63,935 bases of DNA, filler included, from Octopus bimaculoides (GCF_001194135.2; 10 parts of 10 records of this genome joined end to end with filler, not necessarily neighbours in it), one strand, 5' to 3'. Positions 11,479-25,493 are shown, counted from the first letter of the whole stretch. A program made the numbers and translations. Notes: generated from the letters alone by a model not told the origin.

Positions 11479-13353
11479 GAATGTGTGTGTATGCGTAGTG
11501 TTTGTGGTGGTGTTGGACCATTATTTGTTATCAGTTCAACTGACCTATATGTAACATATGGTTCACAATGAACAGCTTGACGAGAATGAAAGAGAGTGAG
11601 ACGTAAAACTTCCATGACCAAAATCGACTATGGCTATATGTAAGGACGCTCATAATGAGAGCAAAACATTTGTTTCATGAAACAACCTTCCAATTATCTA
11701 TCTATATATATAAAAATGAGAATGTGTGTGTGTCTGTCTGTCTGNNNNNNNNNNNNNNNNNNNNNNNNNNNNNNNNNNNNNNNNNNNNNNNNNNNNNNNN
11801 NNNNNNNNNNNNNNNNNNNNNNNNNNNNNNNNNNNNNNNNNNNNATACATACATACATACATACATACGTACGTACATATACTCCTTGAACATGTAGGTA
11901 TCTATATGACACTAGTTATGACCCAACGATCGGCAGTCAGTCTACTGTAGTATAATCGTTACCGTGATTGCTAGTCAAGCGAAATATCCGAGGTTCAATT
12001 CTTACCAGTCAGCTTCTAAAATTAATGATCATAGTGTATTATATATATCAACGGCATTAAAGATCTTAGTACTTAATTCCTGTTTCCTTATTAATATATT
12101 TCCACATGGAAAAACACTCCCGAAGACATTCAGTGCCAATGTAGGTCATCCATATGTACTTTGTTAATGTCAAAGAGGAAATTGGTGTCGGCACTAATGG
12201 TACTGTAAGTAATTACTTCTCTTTAGGAGGTATTCAGTTGAAATAACAAACTTCTTATATTTTTATGATTAATTGACGAATATGTTTACAGCTGGTTGAG
12301 TCATTAGAGCGTCAGCATATTGTTTGTGTGTGTATGTGTGTGTAGATGTGGGTTCATATTCATATCCATATGTGACTGTGTGGTTGTGTCAATACTCAAG
12401 ACTTTAACGTTCTTTGACCGAGACTATTGGTGGTCTCTGTCAGACAGACCGAAGGACAGACCGAAGGACAGACCGATAGACAGACAGGTAGACAGACAGA
12501 CACACAGATAGATACATTTCTTTTATTAGCCACACAGGGCTCAACGAAGATGGGACAAATACAATGTAGAGCTTTTCTTTTTGGGANNNNNNNNNNNNNN
12601 NNNNNNNNNNNNNNNNNNNNNNNNNNNNNNNNNNNNNNNNNNNNNNNNNNNNNNNNNNNNNNNNNNNNNNNNNNNNNNNNNNNNNNNNNNNNNNNNNNNN
12701 NNNNNNNNNNNNNNNNNNNNNNNNNNNNNNNNNNNNNNNNNNNNNNNNNNNNNNNNNNNNNNNNNNNNNNNNNNNNNNNNNNNNNNNNNNNNNNNNNNNN
12801 NNNNNNNNNNNNNNNNNNNNNNNNNNNNNNNNNNNNNNNNNNNNNNNNNNNNNNNNNNNNNNNNNNNNNNNNNNNNNNNNNNNNNNNNNNNNNNNNNNNN
12901 NNNNNNNNNNNNNNNNNNNNNNNNNNNNNNNNNNNNNNNNNNNNNNNNNNNNNNNNNNNNNNNNNNNAGGGGGGAGTTCGATCAAAAGGGATCGAGAAAA
13001 AAAAAAAAGAAAAAGGGCGATCAATAGGGATCGTGTATCACACAGTAATGTTCTCGTGTAAAAGGAGGGGAGGACAGTTTAGGTTTGGCCGTGGAAAGAA
13101 AAGCCTACGGAAAAGACCACGGTAACCTTGGTCAATATTCTCATTGAAGAAACTATAACAGCAAGTGACTCTCTTTTGCCTTTTTGTTTTCTTTTTTTTT
13201 TCTTGGTTTTTTTTTTTTTTAGTTCATAGGGTTATGCTCAAGATGGCTCCGTCGTTCACACGTGCCATCCTTGCTACATTCACCCATCTTTTTTTGAAGC
13301 ATTCACTAGACAAGACTTCCCTTTCTACTCTTACCTTCCTCTTCAGGTGAGAC

Positions 13354-13403
<50 letters not shown>
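13354..13403. repeat. (AGAT)n microsatellite
   Basis: Perfect tetranucleotide array. Confidence 0.98.
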
Positions 13404-13404
<1 letters not shown>

Positions 13405-13555
13405 GTGAGAGCGAAAGAGAGGAAGAAAGAGAGAGATGAAAACAAACATATAATTTGTAAATAGCAAGCTATAATGTATGTTTGTGTTATACATAAACCT
13501 TCACTGGAAGTAGAGATAGACCGATAGATAGGCAGCTGGATAAATAAACATGGAT

Positions 13556-13605
<50 letters not shown>

Positions 13606-13892
13606 CTTGTATATAGTCATAGAATGATGATTCACTTCGAAACCGGTTCGATTCAGGCACGTGATGTTAAATCACACAAATGGCGAACTATCGATATCCA
13701 TCACTCCTGGACGAGACTGGAGACGAGTTGTCTCGCTTGTCTATGAGTTGCAGGTGTTTTAAACACCCAGTCATATGAAGGAGTCGTCTCCAAAGATATA
13801 GGCTGCATCGAAATGGTGAACAAGAAAAACACACAGATTATGGGCGGTCGATAACGTTAACAAAACTAGTGATGCTTTTATTTCGCAATTGA

Positions 13893-13934
<42 letters not shown>

Positions 13935-15384
13935 NNNNNNNNNNNNNNNNNNNNNNNNNNNNNNNNNNNNNNNNNNNNTTAATTAATTAANNNNNNNNNN
14001 NNNNNNNNNNNNNNNNNNNNNNNNNNNNNNNNNNTTGACACGTAATACTGAAATAGTGGAGGAGATATGATATTGCTGTGGGCTCGAACTATGCAAGAAG
14101 TTAAAAATATTTTTGGCCTAAGACACTACATGGACCCTAAAAGAATTTTGCTCCTGAAAAATGGAGCTCATGGAGCTTAAAAATGTGGGAGTTAAGGCCC
14201 CTATTGGTGATGGGTGTATTAATGTCAACCAGAGAAATTTAATTGTTGGGAATCTTTTTAACTTGTGTGTAATATGTATTGTTTGAATTTCTTTGAAATA
14301 GGAAATATATGTATGTTCACTGGGTTTGTAAAAGAGAGCAAAGCTACAGGAAAGCAAAAGACGAATGATCACGATAATCAGTCAGCTACCGTAGCCTAGT
14401 CATTACTACTCCACAATGTAGGATTCCTCTCCATACAGGTGACAGACACAGCTTTAAGATGCATTATGGATCTATAGCAATTGGAAGGGCATGACTCAAT
14501 AGAAACAACAATGTGTGACGTTTGGAGCAAAGGGAAATGAAAGTGTCGCCTCTGGAGTTTGCAAATGACCACTATACCGATAGGTAACTGGGCAGAAAGT
14601 ATTTACAATCAATAAATGTCTTAGAACAACCAATCACCCATCTGGGAAGGCCTTGAAATCAATGTTACCAACTGGGGACTATATGTGTCGCAGTGATAAT
14701 AAAAAGACTCAAAGGAGGTCTGCAACGAAATAATTTTACTCAACACTTTGCAAGTGAATCAGTGGAGGCAAAGATGAGTCTCATTTACTTGACAATTTAT
14801 GCACCACATTGCAGAAATCACAATGTAAGTATATCTGAAAGGATAGTCTTACACTGTTGTACCGTTGAATTACAAATAATGCTCATCTGTTATGTTCGGG
14901 TGACCCTATAGATACCAATGGTACAACTGTATTCGTATTTGCTTAGGAAAAATGACTAAATTGTGGGTGTAAAGTCCCTATGAAGGGGTCTTTGTAACTT
15001 CTAAGAAGAAAACAATTTTAGAAATATTACTTTATTTGTGTGTAATATGTATGGTTAAAATTTCATCAACATCAAAAATATATGAATTTTCATGGGGGTT
15101 ATGGCCATTATGCATAGAATATAATTTCCAAATTTCTTAAAGATCCATTCAATACTTTTGACGTAGTTTGGATAAGAAAACAAATGACTAATGTGTGTGT
15201 TTGTGTGTACATATATGTGTGTGTGTATGGATGTATATATGTATAGATATCAGTATGCATTTATATATGTGTACACATTAGATGTACACCTATATATATA
15301 CATCTACACATATGTATACATATACATGTATGCATATAGATCTATATCTATATATATATATCTATACATATACATGTACATATA

Positions 15385-15426
<42 letters not shown>

Positions 15427-15577
15427 TCTCTCTCACTCTCTCTCTCTCTNNNNNNNNNNNNNNNNNNNNNNNNNNNNNNNNNNNNNNNNNNNNNNNNNNN
15501 NNNNNNNNNNNNNNNNNNNNNNNNNNNNNNNNNNNNNNNNNNNNNNNNNNNNNNNNNNNNNNNNNNNNNNNNNNNNN

Positions 15578-15611
<34 letters not shown>

Positions 15612-15618
<7 letters not shown>

Positions 15619-16489
15619 AAACCACCTCTCTCGGTTATTTATTTACAAATGCGAACATAGCAGGTAACATCTATCTCTCTCCCGCCTTGGATCCTGCTGT
15701 GTCTATCACCCTGACTAACTCTAATTTGCGCGGCATTTGTCTCCAGTTCTGTTTCGCGCCAGGGTGCATACCGACCAATCGTGGCCATCTAATAAGGTCA
15801 TGTGAGAGAATGTTTTCTGATACTTCTGGAGCCTCTTTGTACCTATAAATAGCCTGCTTTATCCCCGCTAGTTTGTCGCGGCTTCAGACCTTTTGAGGTC
15901 TGGTCGTTGACAACGTAACACCAACCAGCCAGTTTCCAGCGACGACATCAACACCATCGTTCAACTGTTTACTACAAGCTTCGTCGCCAACGTCAACATG
16001 ACACCTCTACGTACACAAGCTACCAACAGCAACTGCAGCTTCTCTCAACCCTGTTTGTGTGAATTGTTACCATGAAATAACAGCTAGAATTCGACACCTG
16101 CGAGAAACCATCTGTATCAAGTAGCCCGGCTCGGCATAGAAGCCTCAACTGCACGACATGTGACTTAGCTCTGCCTCAATCTCTTATATACAGACTTTCA
16201 ATCTACTGTGTACCTTAACTGAGAACTGGTATTTCTTATCCTGGTGTCTGAACTTCTAACGTACTTATTACAGACTGTTTTCTATGCTCTGTATCTCTTG
16301 CATTCACATACATATATTTGTATACACACTCTTTGTTTACATGACGGCCTGTCTTATATTGTGTTTTATTACGTTGCATTCACACTCACACAGACATTCT
16401 AGTTGACAACCAATAAACCTTACTGTTATACATCTTTACCGGTTGAGTCTCTATCTTTTCCTTGCTGGCAAATTTCCTTGCATTTCACA
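15612..16489 (+). mobile_element. Probable solo LTR of an LTR retrotransposon
   Basis: Starts TGTAGTGAAA and ends TTTCACA (TG...CA, imperfect short inverted ends). TATAAATA at 15844, AATAAA at 16412, about 880 bp, no ORF. No TSD is recognisable because the left flank is (TA)n. Confidence 0.65.
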
Positions 16490-17026
16490 TGTGAGTTCTC
16501 TATGTTATAGTATTATAACATTTATATTTTTGCGTCGGAAAATATAAAGTTGTGAAAACTACTTACAGATTGGTGATGCTGCGTTCGGTCACGTAAAAAC
16601 AAATAGTAAATGAGTATATGCATATATACGTACAGGTATGTGCATACCGACATCCACCTGTATGTATAGGTGCATATCTGGGTACAGGACATTGCAAACA
16701 AAACGTAGACGAGAAAACACACAAGCCACATAAAGAACATTCTTCTTCATCAGCTACCCCCGTTTTAACACCAGCGTTTCGAAGAGCTGGGCAGGACGCA
16801 TCGCTAAAACGGCTCTTCCCATGGACTGCAAATTAAATTTGTATACACAAATTAAACCTTGCCATGGAGGAATGTAGTGGCGGACAAAAAACAAGACAGG
16901 AAAACAAACAGAAAAGGCTATACGGCCAGACGGGAAAAATTATGTGTGTATGAACGCTGTGAGGCACGAACTTGAAAGTGGGGACGAAGTAAGTTCACGT
17001 GTTTGCTCGGCGATAGCCAAGGAACA

Positions 17027-17084
<58 letters not shown>

Positions 17085-17522
17085 CATACATATATACATA
17101 TATACATACATATATACATATATACATACATACATACATACATACATATGTAAAATTATGTAACTATATATAAACACTACATCGAAATGTAAATTTTATA
17201 TTATTTCATTCTCTGAGCCATTTGTAATAGGAGATTTCTTACATGTTCATCTTACACAAACAATTTAGTAATTCCTATTAGCAAATGAAACATATGTAAT
17301 GGTGAACAAATAATACTGAAATGAATTGATGAAAGATAATCTATATATGTTATTACGTATTTCATTCAATTGTTATATGATAATTGTACAACACAAAAGT
17401 TTGTATATTGGATCACAGATTACATCAATTAATCCCTTGCTTAATCCTCTTTACAGCAATCTGCTACTAAGTAAATGGAAAGAGGAAGATAACTGGTTCA
17501 AGGATCCCGTGGGAAAAGCTAC

Positions 17523-17555
<33 letters not shown>

Positions 17556-18385
17556 ATGAGTGCGTGCATGTGTGAGTGTATGTGCGTGAGTGTGTGTCTG
17601 TGTGCGTGCATGTGTGTGTGAGTGTGTGTGTGTGTGTGTGTGCGTGCATGTGTGTGTGTGCGTGTGTGTATGTGCGTGCATGTGTGAGTGTATGTGCGTA
17701 AGTGTGTGTGTGTGCGTGCGTGTCTGTGTGTTTGTNNNNNNNNNNNNNNNNNNNNNNNNNNNNNNNNNNNNNNNNNNNNTTAATTAATTAANNNNNNNNN
17801 NNNNNNNNNNNNNNNNNNNNNNNNNNNNNNNNNNNTATATATAACTTACACATATATATATTATTCATATACATGTATTTATATCTATCTATCTATCTAT
17901 ATATATATATATATATATATATATAACTTATAAATACACACACACACACACACACACACGCATACATACCTACATATATAATACATACAAACATGCTAGA
18001 AAACATTTCATATCTTTGTTCCAAAATAATTTGTAGATCGTCAAGTCTCTAACCGTTACTCGACTACGTGTTCTCTTTAAAAAGTTTCTTCCACCAACTA
18101 CTTTAGAGTAACACAACCAATATTTTCTGATATAAAAGTAATTCCTTCATATGTTTTATGACATGTTACATCATTCACTCTTACAATACTAGATGCGAGT
18201 GTGTGAGTGTATATGTACACGTGTATGTGTTTGTGCATGTCCGTGTATGTATGTTTGTACGCGTGCACGCATTTGTGTGTGTCTGGGTCTGTGTGCGTGT
18301 GAGTCTGTGTGTGTGTGTTAGTTTGTGAATGTGTGTTTTTGTATTTGTGTATGCGTGTGTTTGTGTGTGTCTGTGTGTGTCTGTG

Positions 18386-18443
<58 letters not shown>

Positions 18444-18628
18444 NNNNNNNNNNATATGTACACGTGTATGTGTTTGTGCATGTCCGTGTATGTATGTTTG
18501 TACGCGTGCACGCATTTGTGTGTGTCTGGGTCTGTGTGCGTGTGAGTCTGTGTGTGTGTGTTAGTTTGTGAATGTGTGTTTTTGTATTTGTGTATGCGTG
18601 TGTTTGTGTGTGTCTGTGTGTGTCTGTG

Positions 18629-18659
<31 letters not shown>

Positions 18660-19710
18660 AGTTCACAGGCTACTTATAAGATACTTTAAAACCCTTTAAA
18701 AGTGTAGTAGTAGCTAGCACCGTACTGCAATCTAGGCCTTAATCATTAAGTAATGTTAAATGGATCATTGCGAAAATATGAATATAAATAAGGAACCTAT
18801 ACCATTGAATGCAATGTTTTTAATCTATTCACCACGATTATTTGATGTGTTGCTCTTAATTATAGTATAAGTAGCCGAGTTTCAATTAAGTATGTTATTG
18901 GAAGTAAGATCTCTGATGTTTTATTTAATGCTGAATTAAGAAACACTCATTTAGCTTTTACTGTCTTTGGGGAACAACTTAATTTAATATATTTTCTTCA
19001 TTCATATCTCTATCACTTAACACTATTCTTTCATTTTTTTTTCTTTTTTGAGATGTTCTTTTCTTTGTTTTTCTTTCATTTTCTTCTTTTTTTTAAAAAA
19101 ACGACTCAAAAGAATATTATTTGATTCATTTAACAGAATCAAATATGGGATTCTTGTTATTACATTATCGCTGAAGGGAACATTAAGAAACAGATACAAT
19201 TATGATAGAAGCAAATAACAAAACAAAACAAAAACTGAGAATTAAAAACTTTTACATCTGGATATACTCCCTTGGAGACGTATTAGCGTATTAGCGCTTG
19301 AATGATGATAGCTACGATCAAAAACACTAGACGCAAAACCCGGTAGATATAATCGTTTCCTGTGCGAGGAATTTTTTTTACAAAGAAAAGAATGAATTCG
19401 CTTCCTGGTTTGTTAACTCCATTGTTATCTCTGTCATTATCAACTAAGCGTCAACGCTATTTTCTATATTTTCACTCTCTTTATTCAGTTACCCATCTCT
19501 GCCATTTTCCTCTCAATTTTAGCCTCGGCTTCACATTGAGATCAGTTAGTGTTTTACATTTTTCCATGTGCCAGGAGGTAACTTATCAGAATGTGACTGT
19601 GAAGTTAGATGGACCATTAAAAGAGAGAGAGAGAGCATAAGTGAAGAAATAGATCTAAACAGTGATAAATGTATCTACAATGCCACAAGTGCTGCAATGC
19701 TTGTGTAGAA

Positions 19711-19762
<52 letters not shown>
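19711..19762. repeat. (ATT)n microsatellite
   Basis: Perfect trinucleotide array. Similar arrays lie at about 22917-22970, 26407-26478 and 44293-44334, and (AAT)n at 47238-47302. Confidence 0.97.
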
Positions 19763-19765
<3 letters not shown>

Positions 19766-20533
19766 AGTGATAATAATACTAAAAAAAATATTAACAGAGA
19801 ATGAGGAATAAATCTCTTCTTCTCTCTCGTCCTCTCTTTCCTCCACTTTACTTCTTTCCTCTCTCTTTCTTTTCCTCCATCTTATCTCACTTTCCTCTCT
19901 CACATTCTGAACTGAGTGTCAGTCTACCACAGACAATATTCTCGGAAGATTTACTAAGTTGAAACTCCGAATAAACTGACGCGTCAAGACACTTACTGAG
20001 AATTCTGCTTTAACAGATATGTGTTTACGCCTTATGAGTAACTCCCCTGTCGTTTTACTCCTACAGACATTAAATGGAATCTATAGCCTTTAAAAAGTAT
20101 ACTCATTGTATTTCAAAGAAAACACGTTGTTCGTTATAAGACCACATTAGATATCAGTCTTAATTTTCAACGAATATAACTATCACAAAAGTGAGGCAAT
20201 ATTTTGAAATTTTTTTGTGACTTTTTGTGTTTTAAGTTCAATTCCTGCTGACGTCAATTTTGCCTTTCATCTTTCCGGAATCGATAAGTTACAATACCGG
20301 TTTAGAGCTGAGGTTAATGATATCAACTAATCCCCACTCACTGAAAAGTTGCTGACTTTGTGCTTCAGTTAGAAACAAACATTTTGAAACTTATTAAACC
20401 TCATAAAACAACAACTTTTACATAAGGAATTCTTACATTGCTTATTCTACAAATTGTTAAAAGAAGCGTACAGTCGACTGAATTGATTCTTGAACATACG
20501 TTTTATTGTAATGGTACTCTAAGATCCCATAAC

Positions 20534-20945
20534 GAATTCACAGTACCATTAGAGGATAGAGTTGTCAAGTATCGGGACTTGGTTGACGAGGCTCTTGCCA
20601 AAGGATGGCATGCGATCTCATTCGTTATTGAAGTTGGCTACCGCAGTTTTCCAGTAAGAGCAGAGCAATATTCCCGGAAGAAGACTTGTTTGAAATGCAA
20701 ATAACTGAGAAAAGTCATCAAGGAGATAGGCATGGAAGTTGAAACCAGCTCAAGGTAGTTATGGTCAAGAGACCGCAGATAGAACATTTCTGCCGACGAA
20801 GGGTAATTCAGTCTTCGCTTCCACACTTAGGCGACAGGTACAGACTAAGGGCCAAACGTTTGTGACCCTCAACTATCTGTTGTTGATACAGAAGGGTTTC
20901 CATATCATCAAAATGACACGAATAACTTTAGTCACCACCAGAAGA
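20534..20945 (+). mobile_element. HERO-like non-LTR retrotransposon 3' end (restriction-like endonuclease C-terminus plus probable 3' UTR)
   Basis: EFTVPLEDRVVKYRDLVDEALAKGWHAISFVIEVGYRSF matches ELTVP.E...KY..LV......GW....F.VEVG.RGF. Downstream KVIKEIGMEVETSSR*LW fits the terminal helix. The UTR extent is inferred. Confidence 0.75.
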
Positions 20946-21574
20946 TGATTTTGAAATAGAAGACAGATTTCGAAACTGTAGTTCCTGCAGTTTCTGCATG
21001 CAGCTAAAAACCTTTGCTCTTTATTTTACCTGTCTGATGTTTATTTCCCTAGTACAAAGTTCGTCAACGTTTGTGTTGACAAGCATCGTTCTTATAAACA
21101 GTTCATTCGTTCGTTCCTATCCGCCCTCCAGTGGAAATGGCATCGGTCATCCAGTAAAATATGTACTTCCTGCAAAACCGAAGCAAAATTCATGAGCTCC
21201 ATATAAAATCATTATCTTAAGATATTTGCGTAGATAATGTTAACTGATGCGTTGAATAATATCGAACTTCGAGTTATAAGGCTTAACAAAATAAACTGAA
21301 AATCATCGATAGTAATGTGTTGGTGCTTTAATTAAACTTGATAAATATCATGTTTCAATAAAACAATGTAAAGTTTTATTTGATATTACATAAAATTTCC
21401 TCAATTCATGATATGAATTTATTTTAATACCAATACTTCTTTTTATATTAAGTCTACGGTAATGTGGTTATTTTGGCGTGCATAGTTTTTATATGTTAAT
21501 CGACAATATACCTGTAACAATTCGAATATATTGTCTATCTCTTCCTCTGAGGTATTCAATCTTAATAACTGGCT

Positions 21575-21870
21575 TCCAATTGATCCGATCAGCAGAACGC
21601 CTTCCACGTGAAATTAACGTGCAAGTGGCCGAGCACTCCACAGAAACGCGTACTATTAATGTATCTCTCAGAGAGATTTAGCGTGTTACAAGACGTGACC
21701 AGGCTGGCCCTTGAAATACAGGTACGACCCATTTTTCCCAGCTGTATGGACTTGAGCACCGTGAAATAAAAGTGCCTTGCTCAAGGGCACAACTCACCAC
21801 TGGATATCGAGCTCACGACCTCATGATTATGAACTGAAATACCCTAGTCACTAAGCTACGCGCCTTCACG
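21575..21870 (-). mobile_element. Decayed SINE family C-related copy
   Basis: GTGAAATTAACGTGCAAGTGGCCGAGCACTCCACAGA...GTGACCAGGCTGGCCCTTGAAATACAGG is shared with 30964-31354, followed by AGTGCCTTGCTCAAGGGCACAAC. Confidence 0.75.
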
Positions 21871-22885
21871 GTGTTCAATCTTAAGTCCACTTTAATATAC
21901 ACACTGTTACCTCTCACAATGCTCAATCTTTTGTAAATTTCTCTTTACTCGTTAATGATCTGCAGACAGATGTCATCCACATATCACCAGATACTTCGTG
22001 TTAAACCCGCATTGCCTCCATGAACAAAACCATACAAGATATTCTCCAATCCAGTGTGTCTCTTAGGAAGTGTGTGGGTGGGCGGGGGCTGGGCGGAGCA
22101 GAAGGGCGAAAGTAGAGAAAATGCTAACTGAAATAAGATGGTTTTAAACTTTCTAAACTTGACTAATTCATTGACGAAGATAAAAAAAATTTATGGAAAC
22201 AAGCACGAATTTTATTCTCATTAATAAAGAGGGAAAGAACAAGAACTTTCACGAATATATTTTTGAGGAGCTGAGTAAAATAGTATTTATCAATTTGAGA
22301 ACCACAGCGTTAAAAGGAACATGACACATCAAGGGGACAATCTTGTATCTTAATTCTCTCTAGTTCTGTACAAAACACGATAAAAACTTTCATATCGCTA
22401 CAAACATATTTAAGACCTCACAACATTTTATGTTCTCTAGAAATCTCTCATTCAAAACGTAACAAAATCAAGAGCTACAAATGAGTATTGGCCCTACATC
22501 TATGGTACAGTGCTTTACCTACAACAATTGTTCCACACACATTGTGGAAAACATTCATTTACATACACAGTACTGAATGTAGCACGCGCGCTATCTCCTC
22601 CCTATTACAGTTAATAGACCTCAGTTCTTTGAAACTAACTAGTTGCATGCCATCATCAATCAAGCAGGCCCAGCATATCCGTCAATATTCCTTTTTGTCA
22701 CCTCAGCTTTATCTTTCCATTAACATCTATACCTGCTCATTCATCGTCAAATCCACATGAAGTTTTTTTTCCCCAAACCAAAATCTTTTTTGCAGTCGTT
22801 GACTTGCATACATTGAAACTGAACGTAAAACGTATCAATGTAAGTCATGCCAAGATCAAGATTAATTTACCTTTCTCACTTTCTA

Positions 22886-22985
<100 letters not shown>

Positions 22986-23009
22986 AAATATTAACAATAA
23001 CTTGGATAA

Positions 23010-23226
23010 GGCGTTGAGCTGGCAGAATCGTTAGCACGTTGGACGAAATGCTTAGCGGTATTTCGCCCTACGCTACGTTCTGAGTTCAAATGTCGCCGAG
23101 GTCGACTTTGCTTTCATGCGTTCGAAGTCGATAAATTAAGGAACAGTAAAACACTAGGGCCGATGTAATCGACTTATCCTCACACCTCCAAATTTCAAGC
23201 CTTGTGCCTTTAGTAGACAGGATTAT
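23010..23226 (+). mobile_element. tRNA-derived SINE, family B
   Basis: GAGCTGGCAGAATCGTTAGCAC...GAAATGCTTAGCGGTATTTCG...GAGTTCAAAT...GTCGACTTTGC...GCCTTGTGCC, shared with several other copies. Confidence 0.9.
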
Positions 23227-23339
23227 TAATATCTTAGAGAACGGAGATATGTTTCGGCCACAGATAGGCCAAAGCCATGTCTAATTTAATAGCACCACCC
23301 TATATGACCTGTTAAGTCATTTTTAAGTCAAGTTGTTGT

Positions 23340-23450
23340 GGTATCATGGCCCATTCAAATAGGGAGTCGCTGTTGGTTGAGATGTATCCTAGCATTGGTG
23401 GCTTATTTGGTATCCCTTGGAGAAATTTGTCTAGGTATATCCCAAAATCT
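23340..23450 (-). mobile_element. CR1/L2-like LINE C-terminal fragment
   Basis: Translation DFGIYLDKFLQGIPNKPPMLGYISTNSDSLFEW resembles the CR1-group terminal motif FK..LDKFL..IPD.P...GY....SNSL..W. Confidence 0.65.
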
Positions 23451-24624
23451 TATAACATAGTGGAAGCAGGAAATGAGATATTGTGATGTTCATTCTTTTC
23501 TTAAGGGAAATTGTGATGAGACTGTTGTGAACTAGCATCGACTGAGAATCAAAGCCAGACTCTGTTCTCAACTCATTGGAATCTTACTTCCTATTCTAAT
23601 GTTCTTGAAAGAAAAATAATTTTAAAGTATTGCTTTGATTTGGTTGAAGTTTACTGGGAAAAGACTTATAAAAATACCAGTTGATTGTTTTACCAACGCC
23701 TGGAATTTAATTTACGAGAATATACTTCCACGCATACACCGACTCAGTATTTATTTTCTTTTAACTAAACACATGAATCTATATTTTAAGAATGAATAAG
23801 CGAATTGTTGTAACGTCCATACTTTCTGTAAAGACGTTGTTAGCAGCTTAAATGGAATAAATTAACCTTTCGATAAGAACTGAAACCTTAATGAGTATTC
23901 AACTCGCCTTTCTTGTTTTATGCCACTAACTCAGAAATAATATTGGTTTCTTACATTGGTTCAAACTCATCAAATTTTAGGTCTTGGGTAAAGCCGATCG
24001 GCATCAAAGTTTAATCGTTTCTAGCACACCCCCGCCGCTCTCAAAATATGGGTATTTTACTTTGTCAAAAGATCGCAGATTTGTTGGAGAGATCTGTAGA
24101 AATTATTTTATAGACACGCTCTCCCACGGATAACCAGTCATGGTCATCTTGACGGAATTTGAACTCAGCATATAATGAGATATAACTAAGTGCTTAAATA
24201 CAAGAATATTAACCCCACCACATGACTGTCCTAACCACTTCTATTATAAGAATTTTGAAATTTTGAATATTACAAGAATTTTAACGCAGAACAAACTTAT
24301 AAACATTTTCGAGGTGATTCACCCCCAAAGGAAACCTCAGTAGGGCTTAAACTCAGAGCATAAATGGACGTAACTATATAACACAAAGTATTTAGTCTGT
24401 CTTTGCACTGTTCCTGGCGTTTGCAACTCGTCAAACCATTTGACAACGGTGACACAGTTGTGATGCGGTATGGTATGGCGTGGCTGACCGACTTCAATGG
24501 GGTTGAACTACCTAGTAACTCAGTAACCTCCTGTTCTGTAATTTATCAAGTTGCCATATCTACAGAAACCGATAACTTGTCTCTCCTACAATACTCCAAC
24601 TCGTCTCCTTCTGCTCCCTCCCGC

Positions 24625-24765
24625 TAATATTTACCACTATCTACTTCTTCCCTAACATTCCACTCACTCCACAGTTTCTGTTTGCAACTGCTCCACCAAA
24701 CTCCTCTCTAAATATCTTGACCAACTCCTATCACCCTTGAGAGTAAATCTCCCATCCTGCACTCT
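24625..24765 (+). mobile_element. Penelope-like reverse transcriptase fragment (N-terminal RT motifs)
   Basis: IYHYLLLP*HSTHSTVSVCNCSTKLLSKYLDQLLSPLRVNLPS resembles the PLE pattern FYLLPKIHK...RPIVS.C.CPT..ISKYLD..L.PL...LPS. Confidence 0.6.
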
Positions 24766-25290
24766 CCTCTACTAGAAACCACATTCCTACTACGTACTTC
24801 TAGTATCTTATAAAACCGATGTTCTCAGATTCTGCAGCGTATATATTCCCCACTTGATGAGACGCCTTTCCGTCGCAGGATTACCTATTTTTGCCAGCTG
24901 AGCAGACTGAAACAACGTGAAATAAAGTGTTTTGCTCTAGAATACAACAGATCATTCTATCCAAGAAACGAAACTACAATTTTACGATCATAAATGCAAC
25001 AATCAAACCACTAAGTCACGCACCTCTACCTTGTATCCATTACCAATCTATATTTTAAGGGCGAGTAAAAGAATTATGTTAATATTCATATATTTAAAGG
25101 CATTGTTAGCAGCTTAAAAGGAGCACGCTTTTTCTAAATTCATCTCTTCTCTATCAAGATAGAGAAGAAAATATCTCGGTTTAAAATGTTGTGTACTTTC
25201 TTCTTTCCTTCACAGATGAGTAACCGATTTGGTTTCTTAATGTTGTCAGATAATATTTTTTGCATCGGTAAATTAAGCGCTTTACATCAA

Positions 25291-25493
25291 ACGAGGAGTG
25301 CTGAAAAGTTTCTGGTTTTGAATAAAAGAAAGTAAAGGAGGATCAGCTAATTATGATTTTATTCAACTTATTCCCCTCTCAGATTCACACACTTGTTACA
25401 GCAGCCCTACTGTTTTTCTAAGCCCTGTAAAAGAGCTCGGAAGGTTGGGCATCCAATCAGGCCTTTCGTGACACCCTTCAGCACCCTCTCGTA
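25291..25493 (-). mobile_element. Internally deleted mariner element (MITE-like)
   Basis: Ends ACGAGGAGTGCTGAA and TTCAGCACCCTCTCGTA form imperfect TIRs with TA at the right. The minus strand encodes the mariner C-terminus LLQGLEKQ*GCCNKCVNLRGE*VE*. Confidence 0.8.

Noticed and set aside
13621-13655. ATGATGA...CGAAACCGGTT hammerhead-like string
   Set aside because: C3 is mutated, and neither stem II nor stem I pairs.
16747-16818. Possible type II hammerhead on the minus strand
   Set aside because: Stems I and III cannot be formed convincingly.
18211-18658. Direct duplication of about 200 bp across a 10-N gap
   Set aside because: The copies are identical except for (GT)n length, which indicates unmerged overlapping contig ends.
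25216-25267. Plus-strand exon-like segment (MSNRFGFLMLSDNIFCI)
   Set aside because: It has reasonable splice signals but no recognisable homology or compatible neighbouring exon.
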